From positions 2,619-66,618 of the IMG/VR virus record IMGVR_UViG_3300037751_000382: a stretch of DNA of 64,000 nucleotides; one strand, 5' to 3'. The stretch comes from a virus (taxonomy: Duplodnaviria > Heunggongvirae > Uroviricota > Caudoviricetes). How positions within the stretch are numbered: position 1 is the stretch's first letter; every line of letters starts with the position of its first letter. Below the pieces are notes generated by a model. The model made no database searches and had not been told where the DNA came from. It saw only the letters and a program-made list of their open reading frames with translations. This document shows, in pieces, positions 9,567 through 18,893 of the stretch. The translations under genes and the position numbers were made by a program.

Positions 9567-10777
9567 TGGCTGGAATCGCTGTCGATAATGGATTATATCC
9601 GTATACTGCACCTAATTTAGATGCTTTTACTAGATCAAGAGTAAGCCAATTATATACATTTTTTGACGGCAAAACAATAAATGATGATCAACCATTAAAT
9701 TGGGATGATCAAGAAACATCAGGAGCAAATACTTCAAGTACATTTATGTCTAATCAGGCTAGTGTAATTTTAGGAGTAACAAATAATATTGCCGGCACAA
9801 GAGTTAGACAGACATTTAAACGATTTAATTATCAACCAGGTAAATCTCAAATTATTTTAATGACTTTTAACCTAAATGAGGGCGCTGAAGGTATAATTAA
9901 ACGATTAGGTTATTTTACTAATACAAATGGAATATTTTTACAACAAAAAGATGACATAGTTTATATTGTTAGAAGAACAAATGCCACTGGTAATGTTGTT
10001 GATAATGAAGTGGCTCAAAGTAATTGGAATTTGGACCCTATGGACGGAACAGGACGCTCCAAAATCACAATAGATTGGACAAAAGCACAATTATTAGTCA
10101 TAGATTTTGAGTGGTTAGGAATAGGTAGAGTTAGAGTTGGACTTTATATTGCTGGTGAGCCCATTTATTTTCACCAGTTTTTAGCTTCCAATTTACTAAC
10201 TACTGTTTATATGTCCTCGCCAAATTTACCAATAAGATATGAAATAACTAACAACGGTGTAGGGCCTACTAATAATTTAACATGTATTTGTTCAACAGTT
10301 GCTTCTGAAGGGGGTCAAGAGGCGACAGGATTTCTACGAGCCGTTGATAGTAACAGTGATTTTACTTTACAAACCGGTACTCAATACCCATTAATTAATT
10401 TACGATTGAAAAGTACACATTTAGATTCACTTGTGAAATTTATCACTTTTTCAGCGGTTTCTAATGCTACATCTAGGGAAACTGTAAAAATTAGATTAGT
10501 ATTAAATGGCACAATTAATAATTCTGCAAATTGGGTAGATATTACAGATAGCCCATTACAATCAATGCTTGGAACGATAAACACTACCTTAACAGGTGGG
10601 ATTATTTTAAGATCGATAACGGCTCCCTCTCAAGTCTTTATCTCTTTACCGTCGCAGGAAGCAGAAATTTTAGGATCAACTATAAATGGTACACCTGACG
10701 TAATTTCACTTGTAGCAGAACCAATTACCCTTAACATGAAGGTATTTGCTGATCTCAACTGGCGAGAGGTCGCGTGA
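9566..10777 (+). CDS. hypothetical head-module protein
   Basis: ATG at 9566 overlaps the upstream stop (TAATG). 404 aa. Confidence 0.35.
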   Translation: MAGIAVDNGLYPYTAPNLDAFTRSRVSQLYTFFDGKTINDDQPLNWDDQETSGANTSSTFMSNQASVILGVTNNIAGTRVRQTFKRFNYQPGKSQIILMTFNLNEGAEGIIKRLGYFTNTNGIFLQQKDDIVYIVRRTNATGNVVDNEVAQSNWNLDPMDGTGRSKITIDWTKAQLLVIDFEWLGIGRVRVGLYIAGEPIYFHQFLASNLLTTVYMSSPNLPIRYEITNNGVGPTNNLTCICSTVASEGGQEATGFLRAVDSNSDFTLQTGTQYPLINLRLKSTHLDSLVKFITFSAVSNATSRETVKIRLVLNGTINNSANWVDITDSPLQSMLGTINTTLTGGIILRSITAPSQVFISLPSQEAEILGSTINGTPDVISLVAEPITLNMKVFADLNWREVA

Positions 10778-10786
10778 ATCATAGCT

Positions 10787-11240
10787 ATGAAACAATGCAC
10801 TAGGTGTAAGGAAATAAAAGAGAAAAAAGAATTTTCAAAAAAACAACGCTATGAAAGATAGGTTGAGTTCATATTGTAAACAGTGTATAAAAATTAAATA
10901 TTCAACGTATTATAAACACAATAAAACAAAAGAAACGAAACGAAAACGAACACATTTCCATAAAAATAAAGAAACTGAACGAGCGCGTCCAAGAAAATAT
11001 CTATACGGTATTGATCAAAATGAATTTGACCAACTTTTTAAGAAACAAAATTTCAGTTGTGCTATCTGTAAAACTACTGAAATAGGTAAGTTATGGTGGT
11101 GTGTTGATCATGATCACGAGAGTAACTGTGTTCGAGGTATTTTGTGTCACAGTTGCAATTGTGGACTTGGTATGTTTAAGGACAGAGCAGAAAACTTACG
11201 TGTAGCAGCTGATTATTTAGACTATTTTAACAGTAAGTGA
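10787..11240 (+). pseudogene. HNH homing endonuclease (endonuclease VII family) with a +1 frameshift in an A7 tract
   Basis: Short ORF 10787-10861 (MKQCTRCKEIKEKKEFSKKQ...) carries the family zinc ribbon. The downstream frame 10851-11240 continues KDRLSSYCKQC ... FSCAICKTTEIGKLWWCVDHDHESNCVRGILCHSCNCGLGMF. Removing one A from 10837-10843 joins them as FSKNNAMKDRLSSYCKQC. Confidence 0.55.
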
Positions 11241-11248
11241 AAGATTAG

Positions 11249-11776
11249 ATGGCCTATTACGGAACAATAACTGAAGCGGATACTTATTTTGGGGAACGAT
11301 TACATTCTGAATCGTGGGATGATGCCTCAACTATTGATAAAACTAAAGCCCTTAAACAGTCAGCTAAAATAATTGATCAATTAAATTATAAAGGGGTGAA
11401 AGCAGCTGTTTATGATGTTCTTTACGATGTAGATAATGAATTACTTTCGCCAGTACCAACTGAAACTGAAATATTGGCGGCAGCTGCTACACAAGAGTTG
11501 GAATTTCCCAGGGGTGCTGATAGTGATGTCCCAATTACAATTGAATATGCAGCTTATGAAATTGCATTTAGTTTATTAGATGGAATTGATCCAGAATTAG
11601 AATTGCAAAACCTTAGAGTTCGTCAACAAAAGTATGCTGTTGTGCAGACTACCTACGCTGACACAGCTGATAATGTCGAGTATTTATTATATGGTGTGCC
11701 GAGTAGTATTGCTTGGCGATGGTTATTACCATATCTAGACAATGATCAAAGCATTTTCTTAAGTAGGGTAAACTAA
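11249..11776 (+). CDS. head-tail connector/adaptor-like protein (weak)
   Basis: N-terminal TITEADTYFGERLHSESWDD...ALKQSAKIID resembles gp6-type adaptor N-termini. Position is before the scaffold. Confidence 0.3.
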   Translation: MAYYGTITEADTYFGERLHSESWDDASTIDKTKALKQSAKIIDQLNYKGVKAAVYDVLYDVDNELLSPVPTETEILAAAATQELEFPRGADSDVPITIEYAAYEIAFSLLDGIDPELELQNLRVRQQKYAVVQTTYADTADNVEYLLYGVPSSIAWRWLLPYLDNDQSIFLSRVN

Positions 11777-11795
11777 CAAAAGGTTAGGAAGTGAT

Positions 11796-12635
11796 ATGTA
11801 CATGAGTGATTTGTTTCTTGATTTGTCGTTAACGTATTTTGATGGAGAAGGAGATGGCGATGGAGGTGCTGGTGAACTTGGCGCTGGTACTAGTAATATT
11901 AGTAATACTAGCGGAGGGGATGTAAAGACTGCTTTTACACAAGAAGACATAAACAAGTTCCTTGCTGAAGATCGTAGAAAGCACCAAGAAAAGTATAAGA
12001 ATTTAGAGACACGGCTTGCTCAGTTAGCTGAAAGCAAGAACATTGAAGAGAAGGAACGAGCAAAGTATCAAGAGGAAGTGGAATCATTGAGGGCACAATG
12101 GTTAACTAAAGAGCAACAAGCTGAATATAATCGGAAGAAGGAAAAAGAACAGTATGAGCAAGAACTTAAGACTGCCAAGGATACGGCTACTCAGTATCAA
12201 GGTCTTTATACTTCCCATGTAATTGATGACTCGATACGGAGAGCCGCATCACCTGATGAAGTGATGAATCAAGAGTTAATTGTACAGTTACTTCGACCTA
12301 AGACACAAATTAGACCAATCACCAATGAAGAAGGTAAACCTACAGATAAACAGGCTCCAATGGTGGAGTTTGACGACATTGATGAGAATACTGGTCAACC
12401 GATCACAACGCTTCGTACACCTGCAGATGCTATTCAACGTATGAAAGAACTACCTAGTCAATATGGTGGTCTTTTTCGAGCCAACGTTATTAGTGGAGTA
12501 GGTCAAGGAGCCGCTACTGGTGGTGTAACATCAGGTACAGGCAAAGTTGATATATCGAAGATTGCACGTGATCCAGCGTTATATCGTAAGTACAGGAAAG
12601 AGAACCCAGCTCTACTTGGACTTAAGCCACGCTAA
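11796..12635 (+). CDS. scaffolding protein (candidate)
   Basis: Gly/Asp-rich N-terminus then long charged coiled-coil (EEKERAKYQEEVESLRAQW...). Located upstream of the major capsid gene. Confidence 0.45.
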   Translation: MYMSDLFLDLSLTYFDGEGDGDGGAGELGAGTSNISNTSGGDVKTAFTQEDINKFLAEDRRKHQEKYKNLETRLAQLAESKNIEEKERAKYQEEVESLRAQWLTKEQQAEYNRKKEKEQYEQELKTAKDTATQYQGLYTSHVIDDSIRRAASPDEVMNQELIVQLLRPKTQIRPITNEEGKPTDKQAPMVEFDDIDENTGQPITTLRTPADAIQRMKELPSQYGGLFRANVISGVGQGAATGGVTSGTGKVDISKIARDPALYRKYRKENPALLGLKPR

Positions 12636-12841
12636 TTGGGGTGTTGTTTAAACCAATAGTAGTAACAATTTTGGAGATTAAAAAATGAGTATTTTTACAC
12701 TGCCGGATTTGGCACTGTTTGCAAATAGCAATGATCCGATGTTCCCGGAACAATGGGCTTGAATTTTGGGTCCCTTACACAGTAATGTGTAAGTAAAAAA
12801 ATGGGCTATATGCTGGAACCTCCTGTTAAGCAAAAAGTACT

Positions 12842-13366
12842 ATGAATAAATCAAGTGAAAATCTTTTTGATAAGGACAATCAGCAGGGAAGGAAAGAAAT
12901 TTCCCCCTCAACGACTACACGCCCATCTCCTAAGAAATTAAGTACAAAAAACATGGAAGGATACCATTTTGATGTTATAAAACGTCGATGGGTAAGAACA
13001 GTAAAAGATGGAAAAGTTTGTTGTAGAGACTGTAAAGAATGGAAAACAGTTGAAAATTTTCCGTGGGCCAAACGTAGCACACAAAGATTATCACAATATT
13101 GCAGAAATTGTAAACGATTTTATAAAGCTGCAAAACGCTACAATATAACAGTTGAAGAAGTTAAGAAACTTTATAGCGCGGAAACTTGTGATTGTTGTGG
13201 AGAAAATTTTCATAATCAAACTCATCAACATATCCATCATTTAAAAGATAGTGTTATTGGAACACTTTGCTTTTACTGTAATTTAATACTTAAAGATGAA
13301 TCACCACAACAGTTACATAGACTTAAGAGTTGTGTTGATTTCATTGAAAATAGGATGAAGATATAG
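12842..13366 (+). CDS. divergent HNH endonuclease of the same zinc-ribbon/endonuclease VII family
   Basis: CCRDCKEWKTVENFPWAKRS...CRNC ribbon plus CDCCGENFHNQTHQHIHHLKDSVIGTLCFYCNLIL. Confidence 0.5.
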   Translation: MNKSSENLFDKDNQQGRKEISPSTTTRPSPKKLSTKNMEGYHFDVIKRRWVRTVKDGKVCCRDCKEWKTVENFPWAKRSTQRLSQYCRNCKRFYKAAKRYNITVEEVKKLYSAETCDCCGENFHNQTHQHIHHLKDSVIGTLCFYCNLILKDESPQQLHRLKSCVDFIENRMKI

Positions 13367-13736
13367 TCTGAACACTATGGAAACATAGTGAGGTAAGCAG
13401 AAATGTCTTGCCCCGTCCAATAGGATGAGTAACAAACTTGCAAGAGTCATTGGCTATCCTTGAAGAAAACATGGTTTCCTAAATTATTGGCTAGACCATG
13501 TAAAACGCAACTATATGCGGGAAACACTGGTTAAGACAAAAGTACGAACGCTAAATTTAACTTACAAGTAACAAAGAATGAATTTACAAATGTTTAGCAC
13601 ATGTAACAATCTTTTGTATACAGTCAATCCGCAGGAAAGACCTATCAGTACGGAAACTGAGCCGGAATCCTCAGAGACTACACGTTGCGAAACTTTTAAG
13701 GTATAGAAACCTTTAGAGTTTATGATATAGTCCGAT

Positions 13737-13774
13737 CTGCATGGGGACATGCAGAATTGAACAGAAATGTTCAA
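13737..13774 (+). promoter_or_regulatory. two adjacent 7-bp-stem hairpins with GNRA tetraloops in the capsid-gene leader
   Basis: ctgcatg-GGGA-catgcag, then aa, then ttgaaca-GAAA-tgttcaa, ending 28 nt upstream of the ATG at 13802. Confidence 0.5.
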
Positions 13775-13801
13775 TCGCTGTTTATAACAGTAGTAACATA
13801 A

Positions 13802-15106
13802 ATGATGCCATTCCTCGTTCACACGGACTTTAGTGATGAGGTCGCAAATGAAGGAGATATTGTTAACACCCGGCGTCCTGCCGAGTTCGTAACAAAGCGT
13901 AAGGTTGACGGTGATACGGTTGTGGCACAAGATGCCAATACAACCAACGTGCAAATCCCCCTGGATCAGCATGTTTATGTCACCTATGTGATCCATGACG
14001 GCGAGTTTTCTAAGTCTTTCCAAGACTTGGTTAATATGTTTGTTCGTCCGGCGTCGATGCAAATTTCTCGGTCAGTGGACAGGATTCTTTGTGGTCAAGC
14101 CCCTCAATTCCTGGCCAATTCGGTTGGACGGCTTGAGGAAATGACTTCCTCGAATGCAAAAGACTTCCTGATTGCAGCTGACCAGAAGCTGAGCGAGAAT
14201 AAGGCGTATATGGAGGGACGTAGCCTAGTTCTTTCACCGGCTTCTCGTGCCGATCTTCTGGGCACTGAGTTGTTTGTAGCGGCTAACACTCGTGGTGATG
14301 GTGGGGTTGCTCTTGAGCAGGCTCGCTTGGGCCAACTTTATAGCTTTGTGACCTATATGGACCAAAATGTTCCGTTCCGCACCCGGACTACAGCGGAAAC
14401 GGCGTCTGGTAACCATAACACTGGGGCTGCAGCTGGGGCTACAGGTAACATTGCCATGGTGGTGGCGAGTTATGTCGTGAAGGTTGGAGAGTACATTTGG
14501 ATTGAGAGTGAAGGTCAAGCCCACGAGATTAAGGCTGAGACCAATGCAGCTGGTGATACTACTGGTATTACTTTGGTTAATCCTTATGTAAATACAGTGG
14601 CTGCTGGCTCTGATCTGCTTGTTTACAAGGCGGCAGATGTCAACGGTGCATATGCTTCTGGCTATTCCAAGGCAATTCTGATGGATGGCTGGGCCGCGAA
14701 CACTGGGCCGATTGTCGGTCAAATCTTGTCCTTTGGAACAAGTAACGGAAGCGATCGTCACACCTATACCATTATAGAAACGACTGCTGACATTTCGACA
14801 AGGCATTATGTTTGGTTAGATCGGCCACTTGAAGCTGCTTTAGCTGACAATGATCTTGCGTTCCCTGGTCCTGCGGGAAGCTTTAACCTTGCTTTCCATC
14901 GGGACGCTATTGCTCTTGTGAGCCGTCCTTTGGCACTGCCGTCTAGCAATACTGGTGTTCAGGCTGGTTTGGCTGTTTACAACGGTGTTGGGATGAGAGT
15001 CACAATGCAATATGATAGCTCTATTCAAGGCACTCGTGTGACGCACGATATTCTGTGTGGCACTCAGGTTTTGGATACGAACTTAGGTTGCGTTCTGCTT
15101 GGTTAA
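13802..15106 (+). CDS. major capsid protein (candidate)
   Basis: 434 aa after the scaffold gene. Visibly higher GC and GC3 than the rest of the window. Followed by a strong intrinsic terminator. Confidence 0.55.
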   Translation: MMPFLVHTDFSDEVANEGDIVNTRRPAEFVTKRKVDGDTVVAQDANTTNVQIPLDQHVYVTYVIHDGEFSKSFQDLVNMFVRPASMQISRSVDRILCGQAPQFLANSVGRLEEMTSSNAKDFLIAADQKLSENKAYMEGRSLVLSPASRADLLGTELFVAANTRGDGGVALEQARLGQLYSFVTYMDQNVPFRTRTTAETASGNHNTGAAAGATGNIAMVVASYVVKVGEYIWIESEGQAHEIKAETNAAGDTTGITLVNPYVNTVAAGSDLLVYKAADVNGAYASGYSKAILMDGWAANTGPIVGQILSFGTSNGSDRHTYTIIETTADISTRHYVWLDRPLEAALADNDLAFPGPAGSFNLAFHRDAIALVSRPLALPSSNTGVQAGLAVYNGVGMRVTMQYDSSIQGTRVTHDILCGTQVLDTNLGCVLLG

Positions 15107-15116
15107 GTAAACCTTT

Positions 15117-15157
15117 ACACTCTCTACCCGCTTGGGTAGAGAGTGTCTTCCTTTTAA
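15117..15157 (+). terminator. rho-independent terminator after the capsid gene
   Basis: acactctctaccc-gctt-gggtagagagtgt (13-bp stem), followed by cttccttttaagg. Confidence 0.7.
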
Positions 15158-15398
15158 GGATATAGATAAGGATATAAACGTGGAAGAATTTTTCGGGTTA
15201 TGTAGAGATTTTGGTCCGTTAGTTGGTTTAGTGCTTTTTTTCGTGTGGAGGGATTGGAAAAGAGAAGACATTTTAATGGTAAGAATAACTAACCTTGAGG
15301 ACTATCAAAAAAATATTTTAGTGAAGCTTGTAGAAAGCACTACTAATGTTATAGCTCAGAACACTGCAATAATTTCAAACTTTCACCGAAATGATTAG

Positions 15399-16100
15399 AT
15401 GCGTAAATTAAACAATTTAACAGGTCAAATTTTCGGTAAACTTACTATTCTTGAACGATCAGAGAATAAACCTAATTATCCAAATGCTCAATGGTTATGT
15501 AAATGTGAATGTGGAAACACTACAATTGTTAGTTCTACAAATTTGATACACGGAACAACTAAAAGTTGTGGTTGTCTAAGAGGTAAGAAAAGAATTAAAG
15601 ATTTAACAGGCCAAACTTTTGGAAAACTTGTCGTTATTGAAAGAGTAGAAAATAAATCTACTAGTACAAATGCTCAATGGTTATGTAAATGTGCGTGTGG
15701 GGATATGACAATTGTTAGTTCCGGAAACTTACCTAAGACTAAAAGTTGTGGTTGTTTAGTAGGTCAAAAACACGGGCTATCAAGTACGTTTGAATACAGG
15801 ATGTGGAATTCAGCTAAAAACAGAGCAAAGAAAGAGAATATTCCGTTTACTTTGAGGCTTGAAGATTTAATTGCGTTAAAATTTCCGGACAAGTGTCCAA
15901 TTTTCAACATACCATTAAAACAAAATAAACAATTTCATAAGGACAATAGTCCAAGTTTAGATAGAATTATACCTGAACTAGGGTATGTTAAAGGAAATGT
16001 AGCAATAATAAGTTGGAAAGCTAATAGTTTAAAAAGTAATGGAACTATTGATGATTTCTTAGCAATTATTACCTATTTACGAAAACATCAAGTACAATGA
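15399..16100 (+). CDS. HNH_3-type homing endonuclease with duplicated N-terminal motif
   Basis: Two copies of LTGQxFGKLxxxER...AQWLCKCxCGxxTIVSSxNL...KSCGCL. C-terminal SLDRIIPELGYVKGNVAIISWKAN (HNH_3 signature). Confidence 0.6.
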   Translation: MRKLNNLTGQIFGKLTILERSENKPNYPNAQWLCKCECGNTTIVSSTNLIHGTTKSCGCLRGKKRIKDLTGQTFGKLVVIERVENKSTSTNAQWLCKCACGDMTIVSSGNLPKTKSCGCLVGQKHGLSSTFEYRMWNSAKNRAKKENIPFTLRLEDLIALKFPDKCPIFNIPLKQNKQFHKDNSPSLDRIIPELGYVKGNVAIISWKANSLKSNGTIDDFLAIITYLRKHQVQ

Positions 16101-17578
16101 CTCATTCCAATTACAATTTGACCCGCTTTATTAGGCGGGCAATTTACAGTTTAAAGCGCGAATATGGGTTACCCATTGTATTATACAAACTACTTACAAC
16201 TAACACTGATCGTGATACAGGTGTAAAAACTGAAACACATGCTTCTTACCCAATTTCAAGAGCTGTAGTTCTTCCATTAAAAGAAATACCTGAAGTAATT
16301 AAAAATATTTCAATATTAAGTGCTAATAAACGATTTGCATTTGGAGGATACTTTGATACCGGAACTAGAATGTTCCTTATAGACCGGAAAGATATACCTA
16401 ATGTAGAAGATTTAACAGTACACGATTGGATCATATACCACAATAAACGCTACGATATAAAGAGTTTAGAGGAATTAGAGGATAATACTTCGTGGATAGT
16501 TATTGGAAATGTTCAAGAGGGTGTTGTTCCTGTTCAAGATAGACTAGGACCAATAAACCAAACCCTTAACCTAACTCAAGAAGCCGCCTATATATTAGAA
16601 CAAGCCACACGATATTTTGAGTTAGTGGATGTTCTTAGTTTTACACACAACGCAACAGGGAATACGGGTCAAGAATTAAATGAATCTGGCAACAATACAT
16701 TAAACTTAATACAAAATGCCACAGTCATAAGTATTCTTAATAAACAATTAAGTGACACGTTAAACTTAACCCAAAACGTCACAGTTTCTGGGATTTTTGA
16801 CAAACAATTAAGTGAAACATTAAACTTAACACAAAATGTTACTGTTACAGCTACTTTTAATAAACAATTAAGTGACACATTAAACTTAACACAAAATGTT
16901 ACATCAACAACAGCTAACTCTCTTACCAGTAACCTTGTTTCTTCATGGCATTTAGAGGAAACAGGAAATGCTACTCGTGTGGATAGTTTTGGAACAAATG
17001 ATCTTACACCGTTTAATGATCCGAGTAGTGTTTCTGGAAAAATTAATAATGCATTAAGATGTGTTTCAGATACCGATGATCAAATGGTTTACCGGGATGC
17101 TTTACAACCATTAGATACTGATTTTTCTTTCGCTGGTTGGTTGTATTTACGTGATGTAACTCTTGCACGTCCAATTTTAACGGAACAAGGAAACACAAAC
17201 ACTAGATATAGACTTTTTTATGATCAAACAGCATCTAGGTTGCGGTGGGAGGTTCAAAGTAATACACCAACAGTAACAACTGTTAATGCTAATGCTTTTG
17301 GGGCTTTGAGCGTAAATACTTGGTACTTTTTTACAGTTTATAATGATTCAGTCAATGATCAAATTGGTATTAGTGTAAACAATGGTACAGTTAACACTGC
17401 TGCGCATGGTAATGGAGCTAGTAGAGACCCAGGGGATGGTGTATTTAGATTAGGTGCGGGTACTATAAACAACGCTGGAAGTAATGTTGACTTAGATGCT
17501 ATCCATTACTTTAGTAAAGTTTTAAGCAGTGCTGATATAACAGCCCTTTACAATAGTGGGACTGGAATAGAATTATAA
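16097..17578 (+). CDS. tail fibre/virion surface protein with internal 20-aa repeats and C-terminal LamG-like domain
   Basis: Repeats LNLTQNVTV...NKQLSDT. C-terminal FAGWLYLRD...WYFFTVY pattern typical of Laminin_G_3. Confidence 0.4.
   Translation: MTHSNYNLTRFIRRAIYSLKREYGLPIVLYKLLTTNTDRDTGVKTETHASYPISRAVVLPLKEIPEVIKNISILSANKRFAFGGYFDTGTRMFLIDRKDIPNVEDLTVHDWIIYHNKRYDIKSLEELEDNTSWIVIGNVQEGVVPVQDRLGPINQTLNLTQEAAYILEQATRYFELVDVLSFTHNATGNTGQELNESGNNTLNLIQNATVISILNKQLSDTLNLTQNVTVSGIFDKQLSETLNLTQNVTVTATFNKQLSDTLNLTQNVTSTTANSLTSNLVSSWHLEETGNATRVDSFGTNDLTPFNDPSSVSGKINNALRCVSDTDDQMVYRDALQPLDTDFSFAGWLYLRDVTLARPILTEQGNTNTRYRLFYDQTASRLRWEVQSNTPTVTTVNANAFGALSVNTWYFFTVYNDSVNDQIGISVNNGTVNTAAHGNGASRDPGDGVFRLGAGTINNAGSNVDLDAIHYFSKVLSSADITALYNSGTGIEL
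16700..16910 (+). repeat. roughly 3.5 copies of a 60-bp in-frame tandem repeat
   Basis: Unit ttaaacttaaYacaaaatgYYac...aataaacaattaagtgaMacR, repeated with period 60. Confidence 0.8.
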
Positions 17579-17595
17579 CCGGAAAGTAGTTAAAT

Positions 17596-18078
17596 ATGAA
17601 TGAACATCTGGCTCGATGGACGCTTATATCCATAATCAAGTATTTTGAAGCTATTTCTACCGGGATTAGTTTACCGTTCTTCGTTGAAGGCATTGATGAA
17701 CGAGATGAAGATAATCAACGGGAAAATCACGCGGAGTTGCGTGTAAATGGTCCTGATGTATCAATTCCTAGTAGCGGTTGGTATAGTGTTGAGGTTGCGA
17801 TTAACATTCTTCTCACTGAACAAATGTTACTATCTGGCTCGGATAGTTATAACATTATTCGATGGTGTGGAGAATTTCAAAACGCAATGTTATCAACAAT
17901 TCCTATTAAGAAATATGGTAACGGTGTAGACGATGATCAATCTCTTATCGGGTGCCTCACTGTTCGTAATAGGGAACCAAAAGCTATTATGATTTGGCAT
18001 TTTGGTCAGATTGACAAAGATAATCGTATAAGGCAATCAGAAGTTGATGCCTTATTTGATCTAGATATAAAAAGTTAA
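17596..18078 (+). CDS. hypothetical tail-module protein
   Basis: Intact 160-aa ORF. Confidence 0.3.
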   Translation: MNEHLARWTLISIIKYFEAISTGISLPFFVEGIDERDEDNQRENHAELRVNGPDVSIPSSGWYSVEVAINILLTEQMLLSGSDSYNIIRWCGEFQNAMLSTIPIKKYGNGVDDDQSLIGCLTVRNREPKAIMIWHFGQIDKDNRIRQSEVDALFDLDIKS

Positions 18079-18094
18079 CTTGGAGATTTAAAAT

Positions 18095-18844
18095 ATGGCG
18101 CGTATTGAACTCAGGGATGTTACAATCTTTTTTGAAGATGGTTTTAGTGGAAATGCAGTGATTGAGGCAAACGTATCCATTAATGCTACTACAATGAATG
18201 TTAACACGGTCAACGTGACCTCTGTTAACACAAGTGTGGAGAAAGTAGCAGTGGGGACACGATTTACTACAAATACTGCCAATGACTCGACCATCTACAC
18301 TGTCACCGCTACTACGGAGGATGGTAACGGCGACACAAATACAATGAACTTTTCACCCGCGAAAGTTGTTGCATCAGTGACAGGTGACGTTGTTACCTTC
18401 TCTGGTCAACATCTTGAAATTAAGATTGGTGAAGGTAATTTAACATGGACTGAAACTAAGGAATATGAGTATGTTCTTGATCGTGGTGATCTAGATACTG
18501 TTAAGGAAGGTGATGAGATACCTGTAGAAGTGAACTTGGAATTTGCTTATGAATTCATTAAATCTTCTTCAGGGACGGATATTACGCCTGTCGATGCCCT
18601 TAAGCAAACAGGAAACGCGAGCGAATGGGTTTCTTCAAGCACTGACCAATGTGAACCTTATTGCATTGACATTCTTGCCAAGCACTGTGTTCCTTGTGGT
18701 ACAGATGAAGATGAAGATGTTCTTCTACAATTTTTCCGTTGGGAAACATTGGATTATGATGTTGGTGAAGCTACAATTGCTGTCACTGGACGTTGCAATA
18801 TTAGTTCTGCCACAGTTACACGATCCACTGATGCTGAGTGTTAA
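18095..18844 (+). CDS. major tail protein (candidate)
   Basis: 249 aa, Thr/Val-rich beta-like sequence. Followed by a terminator, then chaperone-like ORFs and the tape measure. Confidence 0.35.
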   Translation: MARIELRDVTIFFEDGFSGNAVIEANVSINATTMNVNTVNVTSVNTSVEKVAVGTRFTTNTANDSTIYTVTATTEDGNGDTNTMNFSPAKVVASVTGDVVTFSGQHLEIKIGEGNLTWTETKEYEYVLDRGDLDTVKEGDEIPVEVNLEFAYEFIKSSSGTDITPVDALKQTGNASEWVSSSTDQCEPYCIDILAKHCVPCGTDEDEDVLLQFFRWETLDYDVGEATIAVTGRCNISSATVTRSTDAEC

Positions 18845-18852
18845 TTGATTTT

Positions 18853-18893
18853 ACACCTTCACCCAATTTTGGGTGAAGGTGCCTTTTACTTTT
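18853..18893 (+). terminator. rho-independent terminator
   Basis: caccttcaccc-aatttt-gggtgaaggtg, followed by ccttttactttt. Confidence 0.65.

Noticed and set aside
9246-10777. Possible frameshifted single gene (9246-9566 plus 9551-10777 overlap).
   Set aside because: An in-frame ATG at 9566 with TAATG coupling gives two normal adjacent genes. There is no homolog evidence for a fusion.
12636-12841. tRNA genes in the longer intergenic regions (also 13367-13801, 53816-54374, 57465-57593).
   Set aside because: Read by eye, none shows a cloverleaf with acceptor stem plus a GTTCRA T-loop. Only simple hairpins were found. tRNAscan was not run, so absence is not proven.
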